Under the pieces are notes generated by a model that was not told where the DNA came from, made no database searches, and worked only from the letters and a program-made list of their open reading frames with translations. A stretch of 64,000 bases of DNA from Mayamaea pseudoterrestris (Eukaryota), in assembly GCA_027923505.1 (NCBI GenBank), contig BROI01000028.1, forward strand, positions 62,001-126,000, given 5' to 3'. Below, in pieces: positions 35,921 through 46,696 of this stretch. The stretch's first letter is position 1. Each line of letters starts with the position of its first letter. A program made the translations under genes and the position numbers.

Positions 35921-36766
35921 ATGATGCTCTTCTATTCCACTCGTTACTTCCTCATTCTATCAATATGCCTCAATGTCGCTCTCGGCTTGTCATCAAACTC
36001 AATCACGTACCGCGCCGGACGAAAGTCAGACGAATGGCGCATTTCGACCACCCTCGCCAAGGAACTCATGAATCCACTCAACATTGACGCAAGCCGCTTC
36101 GTCGTGGCAGTCGATCAAAGTGGAAAACGAGAAAGATTGGCTGGATGGGCGCAGCTTCGTCCACTCGGAGCGTCGACGGCACTCACGGATCCAAACCAAT
36201 TCAACGCTCCGCCAGGATCGCTTAGCATTGACGACGCTGTGGACGACACATTGTGGCAAGGCTTTGAGGAAGACGATTCTGTCGCAGTGCCAAGTGGATG
36301 GGCGTCATTGCCGTGGACCAAGGAGTATAGAGCATTTACTCAGCAAGCAACGACCAGACGAGGACGCCGAAAAGAATTGCTCCAACAATTGGAACATGAC
36401 GAGACGTCGGCTCAGCTCTGGGAGCTAGCTTCCGTCTACGTCAATCCAGACTATCGACAGCAAGGTCTTGGAGCTGAAGTTGTTCGAAAGTGTCTGCAGA
36501 ATCATGTGCAAGCGCCAGTCGACGATCCTCACGAGCAACAACGGCCCATTCAAAACGTTTATTTGCTTTCGCTCCTGGAGCGCGCTCCCTGGTATACCAA
36601 AGCGTTTGGGTTTGAAATTGTTTCGGACGAAAAGGACATTCCAAAGTACATGCAGCTGGAACTGGCGGCTGGAAGGTGGGTTGCCGAGCTGCTCGGTGAG
36701 GAGCTTTGCTGCATGCGGGCGTCGCCAGCGACTTTGGAACATATCGAAGGAAACAATAATAGCTAG
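35921..36766 (+). CDS. GNAT N-acetyltransferase with signal peptide
   Basis: LWELASVYVNPDYRQQGLGAEVV acetyl-CoA motif A; WYTKAFGF. Confidence 0.8.
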   Translation: MMLFYSTRYFLILSICLNVALGLSSNSITYRAGRKSDEWRISTTLAKELMNPLNIDASRFVVAVDQSGKRERLAGWAQLRPLGASTALTDPNQFNAPPGSLSIDDAVDDTLWQGFEEDDSVAVPSGWASLPWTKEYRAFTQQATTRRGRRKELLQQLEHDETSAQLWELASVYVNPDYRQQGLGAEVVRKCLQNHVQAPVDDPHEQQRPIQNVYLLSLLERAPWYTKAFGFEIVSDEKDIPKYMQLELAAGRWVAELLGEELCCMRASPATLEHIEGNNNS

Positions 36767-36954
36767 GACTTTTTGCCATAACCTTGGAATTATACTATAT
36801 ACGTAGTAGAGAGCTATGAAATATATACAATTGGTGCGTTGCGATTGACATGATAGGACAAGCTTGATGCAGGAGTGGTCTTTGCAGCACCAATGGAAAG
36901 ACACAAAGATGGCCACGTCATCCCCGTCACGCTTCGAGGATCGCGGGCTCGACC

Positions 36955-38016
36955 ATGGACAACGGGTTTGTTCTTCAACGACCAAGGCCATCGTGGCAAC
37001 TTTTGCCACAAGCATCCTTTGAGACCTTCCTCTACGAAAACTACCTTTTTAGCATGCATGTCATGTCCAAGAAACGAATTTGTCTCCTTGCTTTCGGATC
37101 AGCGTCATTCTCCGCTCATTTACATGCATGCCATGGTTTCGCCGGTCGCTCGTTCTACTCGAATGAACTCCGACAGAAGCGTGAAGCGCTGACTCGTCGG
37201 AACAACTTTTTCAAAAGCCTCATTGATAAAGCATTTGAGAATGACTCCGAACTCATCAATGCTTCCGACAAGCGTACCGGCCAGTTGGATGACAGCAAGA
37301 CCGACGAATTACAAGCAGCTGCACCTTCACCAACGTTGACGGCAACGCAAGCAAAGTGGCGCGAGGCCCAGCAGTCGCCTCCAACGGTAGAAGTTGCTGG
37401 TACAACTATAAGCATGGATTTCTACGTCACTGGAGTTCCGGAGCGCGACCCCTCCAACGATTTATATGCCAGCAAGACGACAATTTCCAGCCGCGATCGT
37501 TCCACTGGATTGACACTGCCGACTCAACCAACGGTGAGCAATGTATGCATTGAATTTATGCAAAATGGGGCCTGCAATTGCTTGACGGAATCTCCTCTGA
37601 CACGAGCAAACTCAAGAGGCGACTGGATGTACTTGGATGAAAACAAGCAGAGTCCACAGTCATCTTCTGCCGATCAACAAACGTCAACAAACATTCGCTT
37701 TCGCATTCCCGTCACTGGCTACAGTCGCACGGTGGAAACCAAGGGTACGATTCAAAACGTTTACTGGTCCAAGCGCAATGACGATCAAGATCCAGAAATT
37801 CGAAAAACATCGACAACCTACAGCATTCCAGAAGGTTTCATGTACGGCGATGCAACCCTTGTCACCAGGAAGAATGCGCGAGGACAAGGACAATTGATCG
37901 TTTCAAGTGGCATTCTCAAGATTGAACAAACGACAGGCTTTCTGGGTGCAGCAACGAAATTGGTTCCGTGTGGCAAGTTTGAAGCGAGGCTTGTCGATGC
38001 AAATGCAGCAAAATGA
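36955..38016 (+). CDS. Hypothetical protein, possibly plastid-targeted; start uncertain
   Basis: 353-aa ORF with a signal-like segment ending ..CHGF. Confidence 0.55.
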   Translation: MDNGFVLQRPRPSWQLLPQASFETFLYENYLFSMHVMSKKRICLLAFGSASFSAHLHACHGFAGRSFYSNELRQKREALTRRNNFFKSLIDKAFENDSELINASDKRTGQLDDSKTDELQAAAPSPTLTATQAKWREAQQSPPTVEVAGTTISMDFYVTGVPERDPSNDLYASKTTISSRDRSTGLTLPTQPTVSNVCIEFMQNGACNCLTESPLTRANSRGDWMYLDENKQSPQSSSADQQTSTNIRFRIPVTGYSRTVETKGTIQNVYWSKRNDDQDPEIRKTSTTYSIPEGFMYGDATLVTRKNARGQGQLIVSSGILKIEQTTGFLGAATKLVPCGKFEARLVDANAAK

Positions 38017-38427
38017 ACAATGCACCACCCGCAACAATGGTATCAACATCTGCGCCGAAAGTTGCACGCACTCTGCAACATACAAGCTGGTACGAGCTTC
38101 ACGGAGTTCGGATGACACTATGAACATCTGTTGACAAACTCTGGTGATGCTCATAATTACGAAATTGTCTTCTTCGTGACAACAAAACATCATGCTACAT
38201 TTTGCTAAATTTTAACGTTAATGATTTTAAAGAAGAATAGAAGACAGCCATTTTACTAGTGTTAGTTATCGACTACTTCGTCTCTGCGTCTCAATCAGCA
38301 TCGTAGAGAACCTGACGCAGCAATGCAGTGGACCATGAAGAACAATCAATCAGGAAGTAAATCAGCGACGGAGGAACGAAAAGCTTCCGACAGGATCAAG
38401 GAAGCGATAATGGTAGAAGTAATGCTT

Positions 38428-38740
38428 CTATCCCCCGATTTCTTTTTGATCGCTTTTACTTGTGAATGTGAAAGGACCGTAGCTGTCCACACACACGGTG
38501 TGCCATGGATGATACTCCGTTTCCCTTGGTGGAATCAGGCTGTAATGTGGCCTCGTTGCCTGATAGAGCTGGCAAACGTGACGATTGCGTACAAACGACT
38601 CAACAGACTGCCGCATGGTTGGCCAGACCCAAGTGCCGTCGTATCGTCGCTTCCAGGCGGCTCATACTAGGGTGACAAAGTGATTCGTGAGACCAGTGGA
38701 GTATTTCTCGCAACGGCGGTGGCACGTAAATCATGCCATT
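38428..38740 (-). mobile_element. Ty3/gypsy integrase relic (H2C2 zinc finger and start of core), frameshifted
   Basis: Manual translation MIYVPPPLREILHWSHESLCHPSMSRLEATIRRH-(frameshift)-WPTMRQSVESFVRNRHVCQ..PWHTVCVDSYGPF. Confidence 0.75.
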
Positions 38741-39380
38741 GAACGATATGAGTTCTGTCCTTTTGATTCGTTGCTTGTAAAAGCGTTCTGGTCGATGTGC
38801 AAGCTATTGTTGTAGCTCAGCGACTTGCGCTTGAGCTTTGGCGATGTTTTGCAGCTGAGGCAGGGATAGATGGAGGCGTTTTCCTTCGCATCTCTTGCCG
38901 AGGCCGCCGGTTCCTTTCGACTCGACTGCTTGTTGATTGTTGGAGATTCCTCGACGATAGGTAAGCTTGCGTCCGTATAGACCTGATTGAAACTGCTAAG
39001 TAAAGATGCAAGTGCCTTTGCAATTTGTCACGCACGAGCGTGGGGACTTGCGCCCACGATGGCAAGAATGATTCGCGTGAAGCGTCCGTTTTAGCCTTTT
39101 CTGTTTCAATGGGTGTCGTTCTTTTGATTGGACAGCGGGTATTGGGGATGGCATTAAGCCAAGCGGCTGCTATTGAATCGGTACACTCAATCTACCTTGC
39201 AGGTATTCCAGAAAGCCAACTATAACAATTCCTGCGCTTCGTATGTATCGACCAATCCGGCCATCGGATAGTTGACTATATATACTTGAACCCTTTGCTT
39301 GGGTGTTATTGTCGAGTTCCTCAGTTGCGTATCATTTTCTCGCTCTATCCAGCAATCAGACTCCACAACAGCGAAAATTG

Positions 39381-42227
39381 TTACCTCGGAATACGTCCAC
39401 AGGCATCATTGACCAGAATCACGCCCGGTACGGCGCACGGAGAGGCAGAACGAGGTTTCCACTGCGGCCTGTACGATAAGTCGCGAATTTCGGGTATTTT
39501 GGAAAAGCTCAAAGCCCTGTCGTTCTTGTCAACCGGCGCCAGTATCTGCTTGAGGTCCTTCAGAAGCTCAAAGGTGTCATAAGGAAGAAGGTCCCCTTCT
39601 GAGAAGCACACAGCACCGGTGCACGACCGAAGGAATGCCATACCCTCCACGGCCGCTTCGTAGGCTGTGGTGCGTCGTAAATTGCTGATATATCGGCGGC
39701 GGCGGAGCGTTGACACACCTTGCAAACTCTTGGCGTCGCGAGTTGCTTTTTGAATGATTTCTGTCGCAAAGAATTCCCTACCGTCAAATAGTTTGTTGTG
39801 ATGCTCAACAAGTCGTCGGCATACTCGACGAGCATACGATGGCAGGGTTTGCGAAACACCAAGAAAAGCGATCCGTAAACCAAATTTATTGAAGCTCAAA
39901 TCGTAAGCCAGACCTGAAAAGGAGCCCAGCTCGGCGAGATCGGACACTGCATTATCGAATGAGTACCTCCAAAGCTCTGCCTGCGCTGCTTGCCGGATAC
40001 TCGCACGAACAGGTCTCGATGAAAGGAGCTCGAGCACAAAAACACTTCTACATGAAGGTTCTGGAGGGCCACGGGGCCATAGCCTACCAGTCAACTGATA
40101 AGAAGCAGTGTTCAAGACAAACCAATTGCCATCGCTCGTTGGTAAATCGTTCATATTCTTTGATAACGGGGGCGTCAAGCGAGGCTGTCGTAGGGTAGCA
40201 GGAACCAATGGGTTGAGGACTGGAAGTTCAAGCTCTTGTTCATCGACGATCCGGCGAAGCAAAAACACCTCCAGTCTCGATGCAAACTTAAACATGTCAT
40301 CAAAGCAGAAACGAGCCCCCGTCCTTGGTTCAGTAAGCCACCGAGGCGAAGGCAGCACAAGCGGTTTTTCGTCCGAAAATCCAAACCCTACGAGCGCCTT
40401 GCTCCCAGCTGATGCAATAATGATTGCATTATCAGGATCTGTCAGCTCTGATAGAACCTTTAGCGTTTCCCGCTGCAAAGCATCAACTCCATATCTATCA
40501 CCCGGGAGCCGGCACCACTGACCAGAGGCTAGACGTTCTGCACCAAAAAATTGAGCATCGACAGCCAGCTCGATTGCATCAGGCGGTCTTGGTGCAAAAA
40601 GGTATCCGTTGAGCTTGGCAATGTTTGCGTATTGGGTAATTAGGGCACGTGAAATTATAGTTCGACTTTGGACAGCATGCAATAGGTTGTATACGGCTGC
40701 AACGATTGCCGAACGGTTAATGAAACCATCCAGTGTCAATGGAATATCCAGTCGAATAATTTGAAACCCCGAAACATCCATTGCCAATGATATACGAGGA
40801 ATGCTACTAGCCAATTGTGGTACCCATCCCCGACGAAGCAGAAAAGCATACAGGCTTCCCGGCCCACGTCGTCCAAAAATCTGCGCTAGAACAAAGCCAA
40901 TTTGCGTGGCTGTAACGACTGGGCGACCTCGTTCACGATAATCTAAATTCAGCGCAAAATGAAATGACAGCTTTTCGCCTTCATCGTTTCGTTTACGAAA
41001 GAGCACAAGTTGCTTGGGTCGATTGCCGCGGAGAAATCCTCCAGGATAGATTTTGGAAGCGACGAGGGGCGCCGGCGATGGCAATGAAGCGTTTGAAAAT
41101 GCCTTGGCAAACGGAGCAACCTTGCGCTCGAGCGTCAACAAGTCTTGCGGGCCAATGACCACCAACACTGCTTTTGTTGCCAAATACTTGGACAAGAAGA
41201 ACTCAAACATGCGTTCTCCAACGTTAATACCAGCCTTGTCAGGTAGCGTCTCCAACGTTTCCAAATTGCCAGACGAAAACCTGGAAAAAGGATGCTCGTC
41301 ACTAACAAAGTCCTTTAGCAGATAGTAAGCCTGCGTCGACGCCAAGCTAAAATCTAGTTCCGAGTCAACCCGCAGCACTTCTCGCTGCAGTACTGACTTG
41401 TCGCTGCAAACTTGCTCCACGTTTCTCTGATAAAATAATTCGGCGAACCGCAAGAGGGCGTCTCCAATGGCATCCGATTTGCATGTAAAGTGAAAGCAAA
41501 CCTTGTCGTATCCCGTAAAGCCATTGGATGCACCTTCAACCGCGTCGTTCGATAGCCAATCCTCAAAGTCTCGTGGAGGCGAAGACAGCGGCGTGGAAAA
41601 TAGTGACGTGCGACTCCTCGTCTGAGAACCAGTATTCTTGTTGCAGTAACTTAGTATCAAATGCTCCATGAGATGCGCCGCCCCTGGCAAATCGTCCGGA
41701 TCGGCAAATTGACCGGCATCCGCCACTGTGAGTGCCGCTGATGCTTGCAAGGCATTGCCATCGTGCACCAGCAAGACGCGTAGTTTGTTCTGCGGCAAGA
41801 CGAGCGTCTTGTAGCGACGGACACTGCTGAATGGAATCACTTCTTGGCTGCCAATGTTTACTAATGTAGTTTCTTGCTGTTGCACGTTCATTTCGTCAGG
41901 AGAATCCAGGACTGTAGCTGCAGCAGATGCTTCTTGAGCAGCTCCGGCGCCTGCAGCATTCAAACCAAGCATTGATGCCGACGTTGCAGCAGCCGATCCC
42001 CAGGAAAGAAACGCTCGTCGAGATGCATCCGTAGAGCTAATAACTTCCTCATCGTCATTCCTGTTGCATCTTATGCGATAGCATTGCCTTGTCACGAGAC
42101 TTTCATAACTGACTGTAAATGCAGCAGTTTGTTGCCAATGGAACGCACTTGGTCTTGGTGTAGTCCAAAACGCAGAACTGCTCCAAAGATGTAAAGCAAA
42201 ACACGCAACAACCGCCCACTTATCCAT
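39381..42227 (-). CDS. M16 (insulinase/pitrilysin-like) metallopeptidase, plastid/thylakoid-targeted
   Basis: SSAFW presequence, RRAFL Tat-like motif, DPDDLPGAAHLMEH (HxxEH) and HPFSRFSSGNLETL. Confidence 0.8.
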   Translation of the reverse strand: MDKWAVVACFALHLWSSSAFWTTPRPSAFHWQQTAAFTVSYESLVTRQCYRIRCNRNDDEEVISSTDASRRAFLSWGSAAATSASMLGLNAAGAGAAQEASAAATVLDSPDEMNVQQQETTLVNIGSQEVIPFSSVRRYKTLVLPQNKLRVLLVHDGNALQASAALTVADAGQFADPDDLPGAAHLMEHLILSYCNKNTGSQTRSRTSLFSTPLSSPPRDFEDWLSNDAVEGASNGFTGYDKVCFHFTCKSDAIGDALLRFAELFYQRNVEQVCSDKSVLQREVLRVDSELDFSLASTQAYYLLKDFVSDEHPFSRFSSGNLETLETLPDKAGINVGERMFEFFLSKYLATKAVLVVIGPQDLLTLERKVAPFAKAFSNASLPSPAPLVASKIYPGGFLRGNRPKQLVLFRKRNDEGEKLSFHFALNLDYRERGRPVVTATQIGFVLAQIFGRRGPGSLYAFLLRRGWVPQLASSIPRISLAMDVSGFQIIRLDIPLTLDGFINRSAIVAAVYNLLHAVQSRTIISRALITQYANIAKLNGYLFAPRPPDAIELAVDAQFFGAERLASGQWCRLPGDRYGVDALQRETLKVLSELTDPDNAIIIASAGSKALVGFGFSDEKPLVLPSPRWLTEPRTGARFCFDDMFKFASRLEVFLLRRIVDEQELELPVLNPLVPATLRQPRLTPPLSKNMNDLPTSDGNWFVLNTASYQLTGRLWPRGPPEPSCRSVFVLELLSSRPVRASIRQAAQAELWRYSFDNAVSDLAELGSFSGLAYDLSFNKFGLRIAFLGVSQTLPSYARRVCRRLVEHHNKLFDGREFFATEIIQKATRDAKSLQGVSTLRRRRYISNLRRTTAYEAAVEGMAFLRSCTGAVCFSEGDLLPYDTFELLKDLKQILAPVDKNDRALSFSKIPEIRDLSYRPQWKPRSASPCAVPGVILVNDACGRIPR

Positions 42228-42561
42228 GATGTTGCAGCACATTCCCCATGGGGACTCATGAGGAAGCTCTGAAAGAATGTGCAACGCTATACGTTGCTTC
42301 GAAACATGTCGAACGAAAAGTGAGCGTGGGTTTGCGCGTGCGATGCACATGAATAACGCTGCGACATCCGTTTCTTTGTTGACTGTGAATGTTGATGGAA
42401 CGATGAGCACTTTGCGGTGACAGCTCACCTACTATTGCTGCTCAACAATGTTACGAGCTTACTCGTACATGCTATATCCTGGTGTATTGAGCCTGATATT
42501 GCAATGATCAGGGATTAGTTTACTGCAGGACAGTATGGTGCAGCCGCGTCGTCGTCGTTTG

Positions 42562-42772
42562 TGTTGGATCTAGAATATATCTTGCGCGCCCTTGAAGCGA
42601 CACTAATGATTAAGCAGAACAGAGTCAATAAAACCACTTTACTTATTTTCTCCAAGAAGTGATCGTCCTCGATCCACTCCTTCGGTTGCCGCTTACCGCG
42701 CTTACTTAAACGTGACCGTCTTCGTGACGTCACCGCTGTCTCTTCGGTTTGGGTTCTCATCCATGCTCAACA
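42562..42772 (-). repeat. 3' LTR (211 bp, TGTTG...CAACA)
   Basis: Follows pol 'QRSVL' and a short purine tract; 114 bp match 46578-46691. Confidence 0.9.
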
Positions 42773-45700
42773 CACTCCTTTGGTCCAAGTAGTACTTACT
42801 GCTTGAGGCCAGATTCATAACCAGGTTGCGGAGCTTGCCAAACTGGGCTCCCTGCAATGGTTTCGTAAAGAAATCCGCGACCATGTCTCCGGTCGGACAA
42901 TGCTCGATGTTGACCTCACCAGCTGCCACGCGATCCTTCACAAAGAAGTACCGAACATTCATGTGTCGCGTGCGCTTTGTACTTGAGCTTCTGCCATTCT
43001 TTTCCAACAACATTGAACTCATATTGTCTTGGTACAATTTCGTGTCCTTGACCCCGAAACCTTGTGCCTTCAGAAAATATCCTGTCCACAGCAACTGCGG
43101 TAGCACATCGTGAACTCCCACGACTTCACTCTCCGTCGAGCTTCTTGTTACCAACTTCTGTTTAGCCGACGTACTGTACACTGACCCTTTTCCAAGTGTC
43201 ATTGTTCCACCAGTGTGACCCTTCATGTCTGGGTGTACCGCGTACGATGCATCCACCCACCACTGGACTATCCCGGACTGGTCCGCCTTCAGCGTCAACA
43301 CCATGTCCACGCTTCCGCGTAAATATTTAATCACTCTTGCAGCCTTCTTATAGTCGTCTTCGTCGGGCTGCTGCAGCCTCGTGCTCAAGAAAGAAATCGC
43401 TGTGCGAATATCCGGTCGCGCTCGCTGACTCAGATACAGACACTGCATCACAATCGTCACAAAAATCTGCTTCTTCGCTTCGCTCAGCATGACAGGATTT
43501 TCCGAGATCTGAAACAAGTGACTGGCGGCCGGAGTAGCTGCCGTTCCATCCATGTCGCCCGGCGCATGATGAAGGATGTTCTTCACATAATCAACCATGT
43601 TGATTGCTACTTCTCCAGGCTTAGTATAGTCCAATACCATGCCGAGGTAGTCGTGCACTTTTCCGCGTGACTTGTTCATTGGAGTCTCCTTGCCGAACTC
43701 CTCATCCATCTGCTCGATGAACGCATCCACTACGCTCACGTCGACGTGCGAAATCTTCAAATCGTCCACGTGCCATCCCACGGTGATTTGCTTTCCATTG
43801 ACAATCTTGTTACACACACACGGATCGTACGGGTTCTTCTCGAAGCCCCACTCAAGCAATTTTGCAGACAACTTCTCCCAGAATAGTCGCGCTGCTCAAA
43901 GCGTACCATAAAGCGCCATGAGTAACTCAACGTACATGACTTTCTCGCCATTCTCCATTGTGACGCAAGGCTCGTACATCTCGCGATCAATTTCCAACAG
44001 TAGCTCCACCATCTTCCCAGTGAAACGAACGTGCACCAACTCGTCCATTTCCGCTTGCATAAAAGCGCCCGGTACATCAACCACAGCAACCTCGCGCCCT
44101 TCCATAGCGTCAATGATAGCTGTCAGAAAGATGGCCTCTGTCGCTATCGTTGGAGATGCTGCGTCTTCCTTTGCAGTGTATGCTCTTTGCTTGCGTCCAT
44201 CCGCACATCCGCGTCCCTTCACAGTCCCGCATCGCTTGCGCTTGAGAAACATCAAATACGCCAGAGCATCCTTGCGCTGCTGCGGAGTCAGAGTGCACTG
44301 GGGGACTGCCTTCATGACGTGCCTGTCGTGTAGCTGCTGCATTTCCTTGCGCACTGCCTCCACTCCAGCATCGCCAAAAGCCTTTAAACCTTGTCGCATG
44401 TTCATCTGTGCCGTGACGAGTGGCTCCGACACTTCCTCTGCAGCGTCGAGCGTGAACAAATGAGCGAACGATCGAGGTTTGCGTGCACGCAGGCCATACC
44501 GACCAGTGCGTGGGCCATAGCGCGCATCGAAATCCTCTTCGTCTGCAGCAGCTGGCACTCCTTCAATTTCGCCTTCATCGGGCACTCCTTCAATTTCGCC
44601 ATCATCCACGGCCGCATCCACGGCCGGCGCGTCATCCTCCTCATCGTCCGGCACTCCTTCGATTGCGCCGTCAGCACCATCGTCGTCGTCGCTGTCGTCG
44701 TCATCGGTCGCATTCACTCCTTCGCTTCCGCCGGCAGAGTCGTCCTCGCCGCGAGAAGCGTCGTCATCGTAATCAGAGTCATCATCATCCTCGTCGTCAT
44801 CATCGTGCCACATGACCGGCTCAGCAGCTTCCGCAACACGGTGGCGGTCCATGAACACGATGCCCGGATTGGCCTTCTGTTGACGAGCGAGACGATGCAC
44901 GCGCTCAATGACATCATCAGGCATGGGCAAAGGCGTAGCGTGGCTACGATTCAGGATTTTCCCCGAAGACAAACTGAGGAAATAAAACCCGCCCTGCACA
45001 TTACCAGTCGGGCGCAGAGCCAGCGCACCAATCGTGCGCGCCTGCATGTCATTACTGTGTGACTCATGCGTTTGCACATACTGACCAAATTCATACTTGC
45101 AATGCCGATTAAAGTCAACTGTCTGACCAGTCACAATGGTGCGTGGACTGAGATCCTTCGAAATGCCACGCTCGTTCGGAAACGCATTCAACCAAAACAC
45201 GGCAGACTTCGTCATCTCGATAACCAATCGTGCCGGCACGTGCTTAAACGGCAGCGTGTTGTATGTCGCGCGCACCCGTTCCTTCACGACACGGATAAAA
45301 CGTTCGATTTCGCCAACGTGCTCATCCTCAGACGTCGCATTGAGCGCCACTCCGAGATCAGCCAACGCGCCAAGCATTGGAGCGAACTCCCCATCCATCA
45401 GAGCCGCGACGACACGGAACCCACCGCGTGCGTAAATCTTCAACACAGACTCAATTGCCTTCAACATAACCGGAAGCGTACGGTTTTGAATCACCTCGAC
45501 CGTAGCAAAACGAATGCTGCGGGAGAACGTCACCAACATGGGGACCTTGTTGATATACATGATGTCAGCACAAAGAGTAACGTCTCGATAACGACTCATG
45601 ATAGCCGGTGGAAGTTGCTCAACAATCGCAGGCTTCACCAGATGCGACGCGCGACGCGTCGTCTTTCCTTTTAACGAGCCAACATCTGGTCCAAAGATGT

Positions 45701-46679
45701 GCTCAGCAGCCAGGATGTCGGCCTTCGTCACAGGACAGTTCGGCAACTGATTGCTAGTAACGATGCGCAGGTAATCCTTGAGGCTTGGCCGTCCAATTTT
45801 GATTTGCAGTTCCCTAGCTCTAACAGCGCGTAAATAGTCATCATTGGTGTAGTTAGTACGGTTATCGTCTACCGTAGTCAACATCGCCACTCCATCCTTG
45901 ACATCGCCGCGCTTGCCCTTTGAAAAGCTCTCGCAAACATACAGCCCAGAGTCCGTCTCGACAAACTCTCGCTGCTTACCGTCCGGCTTCTCCACGACGA
46001 ACATTGGACGCTCCACGCCATGCATGAGATACTCCACGGTAAACTTCTTTCGGACTTGCGCCAAACTCAAAATGTTCGCCAGCCCCTGCGGATACCACCA
46101 CACCGGACCATAGCCCTCCAGGTCGCCCATCATGTTCGTCCTTACTGTACCAGCGTTGCACTTGATCACCATCCACGTTGGCACCGGGCGAATGTTCGTC
46201 AGCATCTTGGCGTTACAGAACAGATCCACTGTCGACTGATTGTCCAAGAGCACAGCCTTCTTCGAGATGTTCACCTTCGGCGGCTGCGCGAACATGTATC
46301 CGACCTCGTCGTCGTCGTCGCTATCTTCCTCGCTACCCAGCGTGAAGTGCTGCGCCCCACTAGCCTCTGCAGCCGGCACACTCTCCGTAGACTCCGCTCT
46401 CGTGGGACAGTCTCGCTGCACATGACCAACCTGTTGGCAGATCCAGCATCTGGGAGGGTCACGCGCTGTACCAGTCGTGTGAAACGCCACGCCCTCGTTC
46501 GTTGGCAACGTGGCTTCTCCATCCGCATGCTCACGACGCTGCATGATGTTGTATGCATCGACGGGCACGACAACTTCGTGATCGTCCTCGATCCACTCCT
46601 TCGGTTGCCGCTTACCGCGCTTACTTAAACGTGACCGTCTTCGTGACGTCACCGCTGTCTCTTCGGTTTGGGTTCTCAT
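42702..46679 (-). pseudogene. Copia gag(partial)-pol polyprotein with one in-frame TGA at 43896-43898
   Basis: CWICQQVGHVQRDC, LLDNQST, CADIM/MDGEF/EIERFIR, VDVPGAF, WHVDDL and WVDAS; the two ORFs share a frame (YGTL*AARLFWEKLS). Confidence 0.9.
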
Positions 46680-46691
46680 CCATGCTCAACA
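46578..46691 (-). repeat. Truncated 5' LTR (first 114 bp only)
   Basis: Matches 42659-42772, then joins directly to internal gag sequence. Confidence 0.9.
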
Positions 46692-46696
46692 GTTTG

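Larger units (their letters stand above)
42562..46691 (-). mobile_element. Ty1/copia (CoDi-like) LTR retrotransposon, defective; 5-bp TSD GTTTG at 42557-42561 and 46692-46696
   Basis: TG..CA 3' LTR at 42562-42772 and partial 5' LTR at 46578-46691; zinc knuckle, protease, integrase, RT and RNase H in copia order. Confidence 0.95.

Noticed and set aside
42515..42760. 81-aa ORF sharing its N-terminus with the polyprotein
   Set aside because: It is a translation of the 3' LTR.
46553..46696. N-terminal 48 aa of the 450-aa ORF
   Set aside because: It is antisense LTR/gag sequence plus the TSD, not the native N-terminus.
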